IMG/VR virus record: IMGVR_UViG_3300027917_000023
Source of the DNA: a virus
Length of the DNA stretch: 64,000 nucleotides
Direction: 5' to 3' (one strand)
Of the stretch, positions 47,692-56,808 are shown in pieces. The translations under genes and the position numbers were made by a program. The notes below the pieces were generated by a model. It ran no database searches. It was not told the origin of the DNA and saw nothing but the letters and a program-made list of their open reading frames with translations. How positions within the stretch are numbered: position 1 is the first letter of the stretch; the number at the start of each line of letters is the position of its first letter.

Positions 47692-49242
47692 TTACAAGTT
47701 GCTCACTGTGACTACGCCGTAGTAGAGCCCACCATCTTCGATGAGCTTTTTTCCATACCGGGTCATTATGCCCTTGTTCGGCGTGAAGGAGTTGGGGTCC
47801 AACACGGTCGGCGTCGAGAGCAGCGGGATGTACGGCGCGTAGAAGTACCCGGAGTCCAGCACCGAGTTACCCTTGAAGCCCATCAGGATCTTGCAATTCG
47901 GGAAGAGCGGATCCTTGTAAAGTTTCAGCTTCCCTTGAATCGTACCGGCGCTCGTAATCCCGATGTCGATCCCATCTTGCGCCAGTGCGTCCGATCCACG
48001 GAAGTCATTGAGCTGCTCGAACTTCGAGGCAATGTCAGCGCTCGTCACCATCCAGTTGGCCGGTCCCCGTAGGGTGGTCCTGTGGATGATGTTGGCAACT
48101 TCCAGCACCTTGTAGAGCAGCGCGATGTTGCGGTCTGTGAAATTCACCGCAGCACCGGCACCCGTCGCGAAGTTGTGGTTGGCGCGAATGGCGGCGGCGA
48201 TGATCAGATCGTTAATGATTTCCCTGTCGATCTCGGCCACCATCTCATCGGCCATAAGGTCCGTGAGGGTGCTCTCTGCGTCGATGTTGTGCACCGACTT
48301 GAGGTCCTGGGCGGCTTCGAGACTCCAGGAGGTCTTGAGCTTGCGGGTGACAGCGGCCACCGAGTCGCTGTCGATGCTCATCGAGACCTCAGGCTGGAAC
48401 GGGTTGTTTTCCAGGTCGTACTCGTAATTGACCCTGGCTACTGCTCCTGCGGGGAGCGTGCCACTGGCCAGAGTGACCGAGACAGAGCCATCATCGTGAT
48501 TGAACTCCGTCGCACCGGAGGTGGACTCGTCAATCGTGATGTCGGAAGTGTCACCCACGAGCACAACATCCGGAGCGCCATCCGAGTCAAACCCGACCTG
48601 AAGGATGGGCGTCGGAGTTTCGCAGTCGTCGGCGATGGAGTCTGCTGTAAAGACGTTGACCACCACCGTACCGGCGAGAACGGGCTTGTGAACCAGGTTC
48701 CCCTGGATGGCAGCGCCACCCTGCACGATCGCGAGATCCTCATCCTGGACAATCTGCGAGGTGTAGTAGGGATCCAAGGCCCAGCCGTTCTGGCGGGCAA
48801 ACTGCTGGGCAGTATTCTGCCTCATGATCTGTGTACCAGCAATCGTCTGGCCCTTGGAGATGGCGTAACGGTACCTGATGTAGAAAATCAGGCTGGCTGG
48901 CTGACTCATTGGCTGAACACCGACGAGGTTATCAGCGATGAGCCTGGGATAGCTCTTGCGGATGAGCGGCAGGGCAAAACGGGTGAAGTCAGCGATATCG
49001 CCCGTGGTCGTAGCATCCTCAAGCAGGACATTCCTTTTCTTGGGATCCCAGCTGTTCAGCTGGTTTTCCATAATAGCTGCCATGAGACCATACTTTTTAG
49101 GCGTGATCTCAGGGCACTTCTTGAGGACTGGAGACCACTTGGCCACCATCGCATTCTTCTTTGACTCACGAGCGAGGATTACATCCCGCTCCTCAGTCAA
49201 GGTAGCGCCCTTGCCGCTACCCTTTTTCGTCATATGGGGCAT
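47692..49242 (-). CDS. major capsid protein, T4 gp23-like
   Basis: Alignable to gp23 by eye: PRLIADNLVGVQPMSQPASLIF vs PNLIAFDICGVQPMNSPTGQVF; SLEAAQDLKSVHNIDAE vs SIELAQDLRAVHGMDAD; SGYFYAPYIPL vs AGIYYAPYVAL. AAGGAGG RBS upstream. Confidence 0.9.
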   Translation of the reverse strand: MPHMTKKGSGKGATLTEERDVILARESKKNAMVAKWSPVLKKCPEITPKKYGLMAAIMENQLNSWDPKKRNVLLEDATTTGDIADFTRFALPLIRKSYPRLIADNLVGVQPMSQPASLIFYIRYRYAISKGQTIAGTQIMRQNTAQQFARQNGWALDPYYTSQIVQDEDLAIVQGGAAIQGNLVHKPVLAGTVVVNVFTADSIADDCETPTPILQVGFDSDGAPDVVLVGDTSDITIDESTSGATEFNHDDGSVSVTLASGTLPAGAVARVNYEYDLENNPFQPEVSMSIDSDSVAAVTRKLKTSWSLEAAQDLKSVHNIDAESTLTDLMADEMVAEIDREIINDLIIAAAIRANHNFATGAGAAVNFTDRNIALLYKVLEVANIIHRTTLRGPANWMVTSADIASKFEQLNDFRGSDALAQDGIDIGITSAGTIQGKLKLYKDPLFPNCKILMGFKGNSVLDSGYFYAPYIPLLSTPTVLDPNSFTPNKGIMTRYGKKLIEDGGLYYGVVTVSNL

Positions 49243-49271
49243 CGCACCCTCCTTAACAGAGAGCCCTTTTA

Positions 49272-50108
49272 TTATTCGGGCATCTCACTAGCAATCTTGT
49301 CAATGTCGGATGACCCGCTTCTCCTAGCAACCCCTGCCGGGATCTCAGATTCAACCAGAGGCCTGCGGGTCGTCTTGGCCTTGGCCGGGACCTTGCGAGA
49401 CTTATCAAGGCGTTCGGAGAGGGTCTTCTTGCCCTTCTTGTCTTCCGTCAGGGCTTTACCCTTCTTCTTGCCTTCACAGGTGCATGGGGACTTCCCACAA
49501 TCTTTACAACCATCGGCGCATGACTTGCAGGTGGTTCCCTCGCCCATGATGGGCGCACCACACTCGCACTTGGCGGCTCCGCCCTTCTCTTCGAGCAGAC
49601 CATTCTCCTTCAAGGTACTCTCCATGAGCTGGTTCTTCTTGAGGACCTTGACGGCGATAGCGTTTGCACGATTGGCGGAATTTACTGCACGCTGCCTCTC
49701 TTCTCTGAGTTGCGTAGCGAGTTTTTCGAGGCGCTCTGACTTCTTCTCCAGGGCACGAATCTCCCGACTAGGCACACCGCCTTCAATCTCGATATCCTCA
49801 AGAATAGCTTTGGCCTTCTTGAGGCGGGCGGTTGCTTCGGTCTCTTCTGCTACCCTCTGCTTAGTCATCGCCTGCTCGATCGACTTCACCTTGCTCTCAA
49901 GGAATACAGCCACTTTGCGTGCAAGGTTGACCTTTTCTTTAGCCACTTCTTCGATACAGATCTTTTTAGCCTTCTCGACCTTCTCCTGCAGTCGTCTCTC
50001 ATACTGCTCCTTGAGGTCGTTAGAATAGTGCTCAAGATGCTCACATAGCTGGTTCGCGAGCTCTTTGGAGGCACCAATGTTTTCCAACAACGCCAATATC
50101 TTATCCAT
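49272..50108 (-). CDS. prohead scaffolding protein (gp22-like position) with coiled coil and Cys-rich C-terminus
   Basis: 278 aa, heptad-rich, directly upstream of MCP; CKSCADGCKDCGKSPCTCEG tail. Confidence 0.5.
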   Translation of the reverse strand: MDKILALLENIGASKELANQLCEHLEHYSNDLKEQYERRLQEKVEKAKKICIEEVAKEKVNLARKVAVFLESKVKSIEQAMTKQRVAEETEATARLKKAKAILEDIEIEGGVPSREIRALEKKSERLEKLATQLREERQRAVNSANRANAIAVKVLKKNQLMESTLKENGLLEEKGGAAKCECGAPIMGEGTTCKSCADGCKDCGKSPCTCEGKKKGKALTEDKKGKKTLSERLDKSRKVPAKAKTTRRPLVESEIPAGVARRSGSSDIDKIASEMPE

Positions 50109-50164
50109 TTTTAGTTCTCCAACAATCTATTCTAGTTTTGACTGAAGAGTTTATTCTTAAAAGG

Positions 50165-50398
50165 TCATCCTACAGTTGTCCAGTCACCATCTGGTGGCAG
50201 CATTTGATTTAAATTGGCTCCACCGCTCCACGATGCTCCACACATTTTACATGTGAGATGAAAACCAGCATATATCGGAGACAAACCAGCGCCATGTGCT
50301 TTCGCTGATGTTATGAAACCATCGATGTCATCGTGTGGACATTCTTGCGTATCTCCCAAACCATCATCTAGCATTTTGGCGATTTCTTCTGGATCCAC
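50165..50398 (-). CDS. small Cys/His protein
   Basis: 77-aa ORF, CPHDD...CKMCG. Confidence 0.35.
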   Translation of the reverse strand: MDPEEIAKMLDDGLGDTQECPHDDIDGFITSAKAHGAGLSPIYAGFHLTCKMCGASWSGGANLNQMLPPDGDWTTVG

Positions 50399-50913
50399 TA
50401 GTATTTCCTCTGCTCTTCTGGGGGCTCGTACAAGTATTTGCTGATGTCTTCTGGTTCCTCTTCCTCCGCATCATACGGCGCAGCACCCATTGGAACATAT
50501 GCTTGGTGCATAGCTTGCATCGTTTCAGATGGGATTGGTTCACCTATCAATTCACCAACCCTTTGGATCGCCGTCAAAATCTCCCCGATGTAACGAACTT
50601 CCGCAATTCCCATATGATCATCAAGATATCCCTGCGCTAAACCAATTAGCGTGTTCATCACTTCTCTGTTGGATAAGGGCGTACCAACATCTTCGCTAGC
50701 TAGCGTCTCAGCAGCACCCTTAACCGCGCCAACAGCAGCCGATCCAGCAGTCTCAAGCGCTTTAGCAGCACCCTTGGCAGCCATCTTCGCGACACCTGGA
50801 CCTTTCTTCTTGACAAGTTCAATGCCAGCTTTACCCCAGTCCTTAAGCTTGCCCTCGTCAAAAAGATCTGGGTCCTCATCTATGAATTTTGCGATTTCTT
50901 CTGGAGTCAGCAT
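50398..50913 (-). CDS. hypothetical head-module protein
   Basis: 171 aa, Ala/Gly-rich, coupled to neighbours. Confidence 0.45.
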   Translation of the reverse strand: MLTPEEIAKFIDEDPDLFDEGKLKDWGKAGIELVKKKGPGVAKMAAKGAAKALETAGSAAVGAVKGAAETLASEDVGTPLSNREVMNTLIGLAQGYLDDHMGIAEVRYIGEILTAIQRVGELIGEPIPSETMQAMHQAYVPMGAAPYDAEEEEPEDISKYLYEPPEEQRKY

Positions 50914-52877
50914 TAATCGTTGATGGAATTGCCCATCACCTCAGCGATAGTATCCTCGGTAATCGTGTCGTCATCAATTAGCTTCGCCAGATTGTTGCGA
51001 ATGATCGTCTTAGATTCTACAACTTCGTCTGTCTCTTCCTCGCCCTCTTCCTCGCCCTCTTCCTCGCCCTCTTCCTCGCCCTCTTCCTCGCCCTCTTCCT
51101 CGCCCTCTTCTTCGCCCTCAGGAGGACCTTCAACAGGAGGACCTTCTTCACCTTCTTCGCCCTCAGGGTCTGGCGAAAGACCCATTTCTGGTTCCATGCC
51201 TTCAGGTTCGCCCTCAACCTGCTCCTCGTAAGCAAGGGCTTGGTTGATCATGATCATAGCATCATCATCCGCATTGTTCTTGATGATATTTAGGAATTTG
51301 GCCAGTTCCGCAGCGGTGATAACGCCATCATCCATCATCTCATCCGCTTCCATCTCAGGAAGGGAGTCAGCTGCATCGGCAATATCATCGATCGGAGGTT
51401 CCTCTGCCGGTGGCATTTCACCTGGGCCTTCGTCGGTAATTTCAGCAGGAGGCCCAACTCCCTCATCACCAAACGGCATCGGCTGTTCATTGAGAGGAGC
51501 AAGCAACTCCATCTTCATGGCTTCTTCGAAATTCTCAAGCCCAAGACGCCTCTTCCAGTCATCTTCTGAAAGGACTCTACCGCCAGACACCACCTCGCAC
51601 ATCCTATGAAGGCGACGTGAAACCCTGCCCCTAGCGGACTCTTTGATCAACTCTAATTTCTTCATCAATTTGTTCTCCATTGAGGTTACCATACCCTTAT
51701 TCTCTACGTCTTCTATTGCAGTTTCTTTGTTGTTCGGGCACCCATCTGTATCGCATGCCTTATCCGGACCGCATGTGCCACCACAGATCTTGCATTTATG
51801 TCCATCTGGACCTTGCTCGGTCATTGGCATGTCATCCGCAATGACACCACCAGCAATACCACCAGCCCCAACAGCATCCTCAACCGGAATGCCGCATGCG
51901 CCACAATGTTCATTTATGGCCGAAGACATATGCTGGACTTCTTCATCGATGCGTGTTGAAAGATCCTTCATCGCCTTTAGCACATCAAGAATCTTCTCTT
52001 CCTTCTCTTCTTCGGTGTCACCTCTGAATAAGTCATCAAAAGTCTCTTCATCAACACCTTCAAGAGCATCGTCCAGTTCAGTTTCGGATCCACCACCAAT
52101 TTCATGGTGCCTCTGCCTCAGGCGGGCCAAAAGGGGGCTCTCTTCCCTGACGATTTCACCATCGGTACCAAACACATAACTTTCAGAAGTTAGTTTGCTA
52201 CCAAGCTTGAGTATCTGAATAATTCTATCTACTGATTCTGGCATATTCTTTAAAATGTACTCCGCTATTTCATACGGGTCCCATGATTCTGGACGATCTA
52301 CTTCAGTTTTCTTACCTGCCATTTCCCCAGCTTCTTGTTCGCGTTCAAATCTGCCAATCTTTTCTTTGTCTATTGAGGCATAAATGTCTTCTAAGCCTGC
52401 TTCTTTCATCACCGTAGCAACGTCGCCTGAAGACATATGTGCACTAAGAATGTTGGCTAGCTCTATTGTCTCACTCTCAATTAAATCCTTGATACTCTTA
52501 TTGCCTTCCTTCTTGCGCTTCTCTTCGCGTTCTTTCTCCCTCTTCTTGGCAAATTCTTTGGCTTGTGCTCTTGCAGAAAGTTTAGAATGTGGGTCTATAT
52601 AATATCCACCCAACCCACTTTCTGACTTTTTGTACACCCGCCCAGGTTTATACGTTATATCCTTCTTCTTTATTAATTCCTGCCCAGGAGTAGGTTTTTC
52701 TTCCTCTTCCTTGACTTCGGGGAGCCCCTCGTGCTTAGTTGAAGCGAAATCTTTCGCGGCCCTTTTTGACATGCCTTTTGCAGCCTTAGCTACGGCAGGA
52801 GATGCCGGTTCTTCACCCTTTTTGGCGGCGTAGACCATTCCCATGAACCGCTGCTGCTTCTTTGATTTAGCGGGCAT
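50913..52877 (-). CDS. acidic prohead core / internal protein with C-terminal (GEEE)n repeat
   Basis: 654 aa; Cys-rich central patch; C-terminal GEEEGEEEGEEE encoded by 12-bp tandem repeat. Confidence 0.5.
   Translation of the reverse strand: MPAKSKKQQRFMGMVYAAKKGEEPASPAVAKAAKGMSKRAAKDFASTKHEGLPEVKEEEEKPTPGQELIKKKDITYKPGRVYKKSESGLGGYYIDPHSKLSARAQAKEFAKKREKEREEKRKKEGNKSIKDLIESETIELANILSAHMSSGDVATVMKEAGLEDIYASIDKEKIGRFEREQEAGEMAGKKTEVDRPESWDPYEIAEYILKNMPESVDRIIQILKLGSKLTSESYVFGTDGEIVREESPLLARLRQRHHEIGGGSETELDDALEGVDEETFDDLFRGDTEEEKEEKILDVLKAMKDLSTRIDEEVQHMSSAINEHCGACGIPVEDAVGAGGIAGGVIADDMPMTEQGPDGHKCKICGGTCGPDKACDTDGCPNNKETAIEDVENKGMVTSMENKLMKKLELIKESARGRVSRRLHRMCEVVSGGRVLSEDDWKRRLGLENFEEAMKMELLAPLNEQPMPFGDEGVGPPAEITDEGPGEMPPAEEPPIDDIADAADSLPEMEADEMMDDGVITAAELAKFLNIIKNNADDDAMIMINQALAYEEQVEGEPEGMEPEMGLSPDPEGEEGEEGPPVEGPPEGEEEGEEEGEEEGEEEGEEEGEEEGEEETDEVVESKTIIRNNLAKLIDDDTITEDTIAEVMGNSIND
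51034..51125. repeat. 12-bp tandem repeat (gccctcttcctc)n inside CDS
   Basis: about 8 units, encodes EEGEEEGEEEG. Confidence 0.75.
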
Positions 52878-53592
52878 TCAGTTTCTCGGCAAGCATTCTT
52901 GAGAACTGTTCGGCAATTAGATGCTCAGCTTCTTCCCTGATTTTCTTTGGGGCATTCCTCTTGATTTCCTTGAGCGTCCTTTCACGACTCTCTTTGATGC
53001 TCAAATAAGAACCATGCACGCTAGGCTCAGCAACAATATCAAAAGTGACAAACGTAAAACCAGGCATCACTTTATAATATTCGTTACCCTCATGGATTGT
53101 CGTCTCCATATCACCAACGCCGCGTGATGAAATGCCAAGCTGCACATTGCTCTCGATGAGTGCCTTGGCAATAGCACCCATCGGGGTTTTCTCGATAACA
53201 TGCAGCTCACCAAATACGGCATCCCCCTTCATTTGAAGTTGGGTTAGAAGGTGGGATACCCTATCAAGATGAATTTTAGCGTCGGGCGGATGATCGCATT
53301 CTCCCATCACCCGCCTGGCTTTGATGTCTTCCTGGATCTCGTTTACAGCGCTTTCCAGGATTTCCCCAGGATAAATTCTACCATTAGCATTGGGCCTATC
53401 TGCAAATTGGAATTGGCCACCAAGCTTCAAAATGCTCCCGATGCCCTTGATGTCTTCTGTAATCGGCCTAGAAGACAATATTAAAGGCATTGAATCTTGA
53501 AACAATTGATGGCACCCAATATTGCCAGTAATAGAGGCGGTGTGTCTGCTAACACAACCACCCTCACAATGCTTGCATTTGAACTTCGGCAT
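52867..53592 (-). CDS. prohead protease, T4 gp21-like (S77 family)
   Basis: Position between portal-side core genes and scaffold; NANGRIYP, GECDHP (His) and LGISSRGVG (Ser) candidate catalytic motifs. Confidence 0.65.
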   Translation of the reverse strand: MPKFKCKHCEGGCVSRHTASITGNIGCHQLFQDSMPLILSSRPITEDIKGIGSILKLGGQFQFADRPNANGRIYPGEILESAVNEIQEDIKARRVMGECDHPPDAKIHLDRVSHLLTQLQMKGDAVFGELHVIEKTPMGAIAKALIESNVQLGISSRGVGDMETTIHEGNEYYKVMPGFTFVTFDIVAEPSVHGSYLSIKESRERTLKEIKRNAPKKIREEAEHLIAEQFSRMLAEKLNAR

Positions 53593-53594
53593 AA

Positions 53595-56500
53595 TTATAT
53601 CGCTGGCTTCTCTTCTTCCTCACCTGCTTCTTCGCCCTCTTCGCCCTCTTCCTCACCACCGAGGATATCTTCGATTTCCTCTTCGCCACCTTCCTCACCC
53701 CCTTCTGGCAGCTCTGGGGCTTCTTCTTCGCCAGCCTCTCCTAAGTCTGGAATGTTAGCTTCAGGAGGACCCTCTGGCGCACCACCCATTATTTCCGCGC
53801 CACCGCCGGACCCAAGATCTAATGATTTGACAACAGAATCAATTACATTGTCGATCGAATCATCAGATGCAACAATTACCGCCACGTCTTCAGAGAGGTC
53901 TTCATCGTCCTTCTTTTCCCTCTCATTGATGGAGGACTTTTTGTAGCCGATGGGCTTGATGCCCTTAGACGACTTCTTGTACTGTGCTTCTCCAAGCCCA
54001 GGCCCGGCCATCTCAGGATCTCTCACCCCAGGCTCAATCTCGGCGGCGTCTTCAAGGAATCCAGGGCAGTCAGGATTGGGGCAAGGTTCGCCAGGTTCGC
54101 CAGTGGTCCTTTCCATACAGTCGTAGCAGATGCACTCAGTGCCTTTGTCCATCCCGAATTCTCTGAACCTGGCGGTCATCGGCCTGCGATGGTATGGTCC
54201 GTAAATCCACTCAGGATCTTCAAGCTCGCTGAGGACATTCAGTGCTGCTTCGTCAGATCTCAATGCTTCCTTCAGCGATTTAACAGCAGCCCCAACGGAA
54301 TCCTTCTTGCCTTCCACCAATGCTGCGAATTGCTCCATGAGTTCACTATTTTCGCCAATGGCCTTGTGGATCGTGGCAAGCCATTCCTTCACGTCTTCAG
54401 CCTTTTCCCAAGGCTTACCGCTATCACCGGGCTTGTCGTCATCACTCCCATCACCCTCATCGCCCTCATCGCCCTCACTTTTCTTGCCAAACTTGTGCTT
54501 CTCAAGGGCCGGTGGTAACTTGCCTTCGGCAACACCGCCCTTGCTCTTGGCGCTAACTTTTTCTGTCTTGCTCCCCTGGTCACCTGACTTAAGTTCAGCT
54601 GAAAGGGTGTCGTCAAGTTTATCAACCCAGCCGCCGCCTTTGTATTGCTTGCCGGTCCCAGGCTGTACCTTCTCTGGGTTGCCAGCACTCTCGGCAACGC
54701 CTTTGCCCTCCGGACGATCCATCATAGCAGACCCGGTGCTTGGCTTTCCAGCATCAGGGTCGTCTTCATTATCGGCGGGAAGACCATCGTCGGATAGACC
54801 CTTCTTTTGCACGCCCTTGCCGCCTTGGTTGTCCATTTTCTGGCCGGATCCGCTTGAATAATCGGCATCACCAACGCTCTTGTTTGCAATACCCTTGCCC
54901 TTTGGGCTACCCATCTTTGGGTCACCAGAGGCTGCCTTGCCCTTGCCAGCGGAACCTGGTTCGCTGCCACTCTTAGCTGCCACACCCTTACCCTTGGGAC
55001 TATCCATTTTGGCCCCGTATTCTTCATTGATTTCAGTCTCGCTGCCGACATCAATGCTATCGTATGGATCCTCGAAGAGTGCATCATCATCTACAACGAC
55101 GTCATCACCGGTTTCCACCATGACGTCGCGTAAGCTCTCGAATTGCTCTTTGAGATCCTTCGCATCAAGTGTATCGCAACGCTTGATGTACTCTGCCATC
55201 TTGGCACTGTACTTGTTAAAGCCATCATCTTCGGCGAGGAAAATGTGCCCATCAGTCTTCCATTTGTCAAGTTCAGCGCTGAGTTGATCGACGGTCATTT
55301 CCTCGATGACGACTTCCTTATCCTTCTGTTCAGACTCGGGAAGCGGCGGCAATCCTTCCTCCCCTTCCTCCTCCTCGCCTCCCATCGGTAGCTCTACCAC
55401 TGGGCCAGCAGGCTCCTCTTCCTGAATCGGCTCGTCACCAGGAATCTCGCTGTAAGTCTCAAGCGTCACAATACGATCAATCAGGGTGTCAGGAATGCTG
55501 CATAGAAGCTGTTCGGCTTCCATGATGATGTCGGTTGCAGGTTCTGGCTCTTCAAGCTCAGCAATCATCGACTCAACCTGGTTGGCCAAGTCTTCCTTTC
55601 CTTCCATCTTGGTCAAAATAGAATTGATGACCTTGAGCGTGGTGAGATATGCTTTGGCGCGAGCGGCCTGAACACTGACGCTCTCATTGAAGAGCTTACC
55701 GAGAAACGAATCATAATCCTTTGAGAAGCTCTCAGAAGACTCAAGCAGCTTCACATTGTGAAGCATCTCTGAATTTTCTGCCTTGATCGCCGTCTTCTCC
55801 CAGGCTTCACAGATTGATTGGTGGTTAACCTTTAGGTTCGTGCGATAGAATAACATCGCAACATCTTCGGCCAGAAGCGAATTAAATTCACACTTCGTTG
55901 CCAATGCTTGTTCAACCAGATTCTTGATCCCATCAGCATCTAACAAACAGAATTCCTGCTCCTCGCTAAGGAATTTGGCCGCCACTTTGACGGCTTCCTT
56001 GATCTCACCGGATGATACCATTCCGGCAATATTCCTAATCATACTGCTAAATTTATCCGATTTCCAAGCACTCTCCGCCACCGACTTCATATGCTTGGCG
56101 ACGAGACGACGCCTTGTCATTTCATTCACAGGAATGTTGAACTTCTCACCAGTTTCAGGGAATTCAGCCTTGATCACCCTGCCATTGTCATCCACTTCGA
56201 CAAATTCAGAAATTGCCGAGCAGAATGCTTCCGTAATGGCTGGAATGTCATACTTCTCGCCTTCCATATCCACAGGGACGTGGTGGGCGAGCTGATCCTT
56301 AGTCGTTACCCAACCACTCTCAGGTATTACAGACGGACGGAACCTGCCGTTCTCTATGATCCTATAAATATGTTCCGCTTCTTTGAAATCATCCGCTGCC
56401 AGACTCTCTACCAGACTGATGCAATGCTGGTCGAAAGACTCAGACTTCTGCTCGTCTACGATCTTAATCGGCTGTATATTGCTAATTTCTACCTTGCCAT

Positions 56501-56738
56501 GCGGTTTCTTTGCAATCTTAGCATGGTGGTAGGAATTGGCTTCAACATCCTCGAAGATCATTGAGTTGGCTTCGAGAGCAACAAGCCGGAAATTCTTTCC
56601 AGCCTCTTCCCCGAGCTTATTCACAATTCCTTCGAAGAATACTACCTTAGATTGAGCCGACGTGTTGATCGCACGCAGAAACTTCCTGGCATCCATAGTC
56701 AGCGGAGCCGGAGACGTGTTCTGATCTGTGCTGGGCAT
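53595..56738 (-). CDS. large acidic repetitive head-core / internal protein
   Basis: 1047 aa; four repeats of KMDSPKGKGVAAKSG-like units; DEGDEGDEG and C-terminal GEEEGEEGEEAGEEEE; Cys motif ECICYDC...CPNPDCPG. Confidence 0.5.
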   Translation of the reverse strand: MPSTDQNTSPAPLTMDARKFLRAINTSAQSKVVFFEGIVNKLGEEAGKNFRLVALEANSMIFEDVEANSYHHAKIAKKPHGKVEISNIQPIKIVDEQKSESFDQHCISLVESLAADDFKEAEHIYRIIENGRFRPSVIPESGWVTTKDQLAHHVPVDMEGEKYDIPAITEAFCSAISEFVEVDDNGRVIKAEFPETGEKFNIPVNEMTRRRLVAKHMKSVAESAWKSDKFSSMIRNIAGMVSSGEIKEAVKVAAKFLSEEQEFCLLDADGIKNLVEQALATKCEFNSLLAEDVAMLFYRTNLKVNHQSICEAWEKTAIKAENSEMLHNVKLLESSESFSKDYDSFLGKLFNESVSVQAARAKAYLTTLKVINSILTKMEGKEDLANQVESMIAELEEPEPATDIIMEAEQLLCSIPDTLIDRIVTLETYSEIPGDEPIQEEEPAGPVVELPMGGEEEEGEEGLPPLPESEQKDKEVVIEEMTVDQLSAELDKWKTDGHIFLAEDDGFNKYSAKMAEYIKRCDTLDAKDLKEQFESLRDVMVETGDDVVVDDDALFEDPYDSIDVGSETEINEEYGAKMDSPKGKGVAAKSGSEPGSAGKGKAASGDPKMGSPKGKGIANKSVGDADYSSGSGQKMDNQGGKGVQKKGLSDDGLPADNEDDPDAGKPSTGSAMMDRPEGKGVAESAGNPEKVQPGTGKQYKGGGWVDKLDDTLSAELKSGDQGSKTEKVSAKSKGGVAEGKLPPALEKHKFGKKSEGDEGDEGDGSDDDKPGDSGKPWEKAEDVKEWLATIHKAIGENSELMEQFAALVEGKKDSVGAAVKSLKEALRSDEAALNVLSELEDPEWIYGPYHRRPMTARFREFGMDKGTECICYDCMERTTGEPGEPCPNPDCPGFLEDAAEIEPGVRDPEMAGPGLGEAQYKKSSKGIKPIGYKKSSINEREKKDDEDLSEDVAVIVASDDSIDNVIDSVVKSLDLGSGGGAEIMGGAPEGPPEANIPDLGEAGEEEAPELPEGGEEGGEEEIEDILGGEEEGEEGEEAGEEEEKPAI

Positions 56739-56808
56739 GTTATATTCTCCTAATCTCAGATTTACTATTCTAGTCTATATTTGCTGGAATGGGGTTTTGT
56801 AACTTTAA

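Noticed and set aside
48082-50028. Plus-strand ORFs 48082..49164 and 49234..50028 opposite the major capsid and scaffold genes
   Set aside because: These are antisense shadows of strongly supported minus-strand genes. The translations are Arg/Gly/Val-rich junk.
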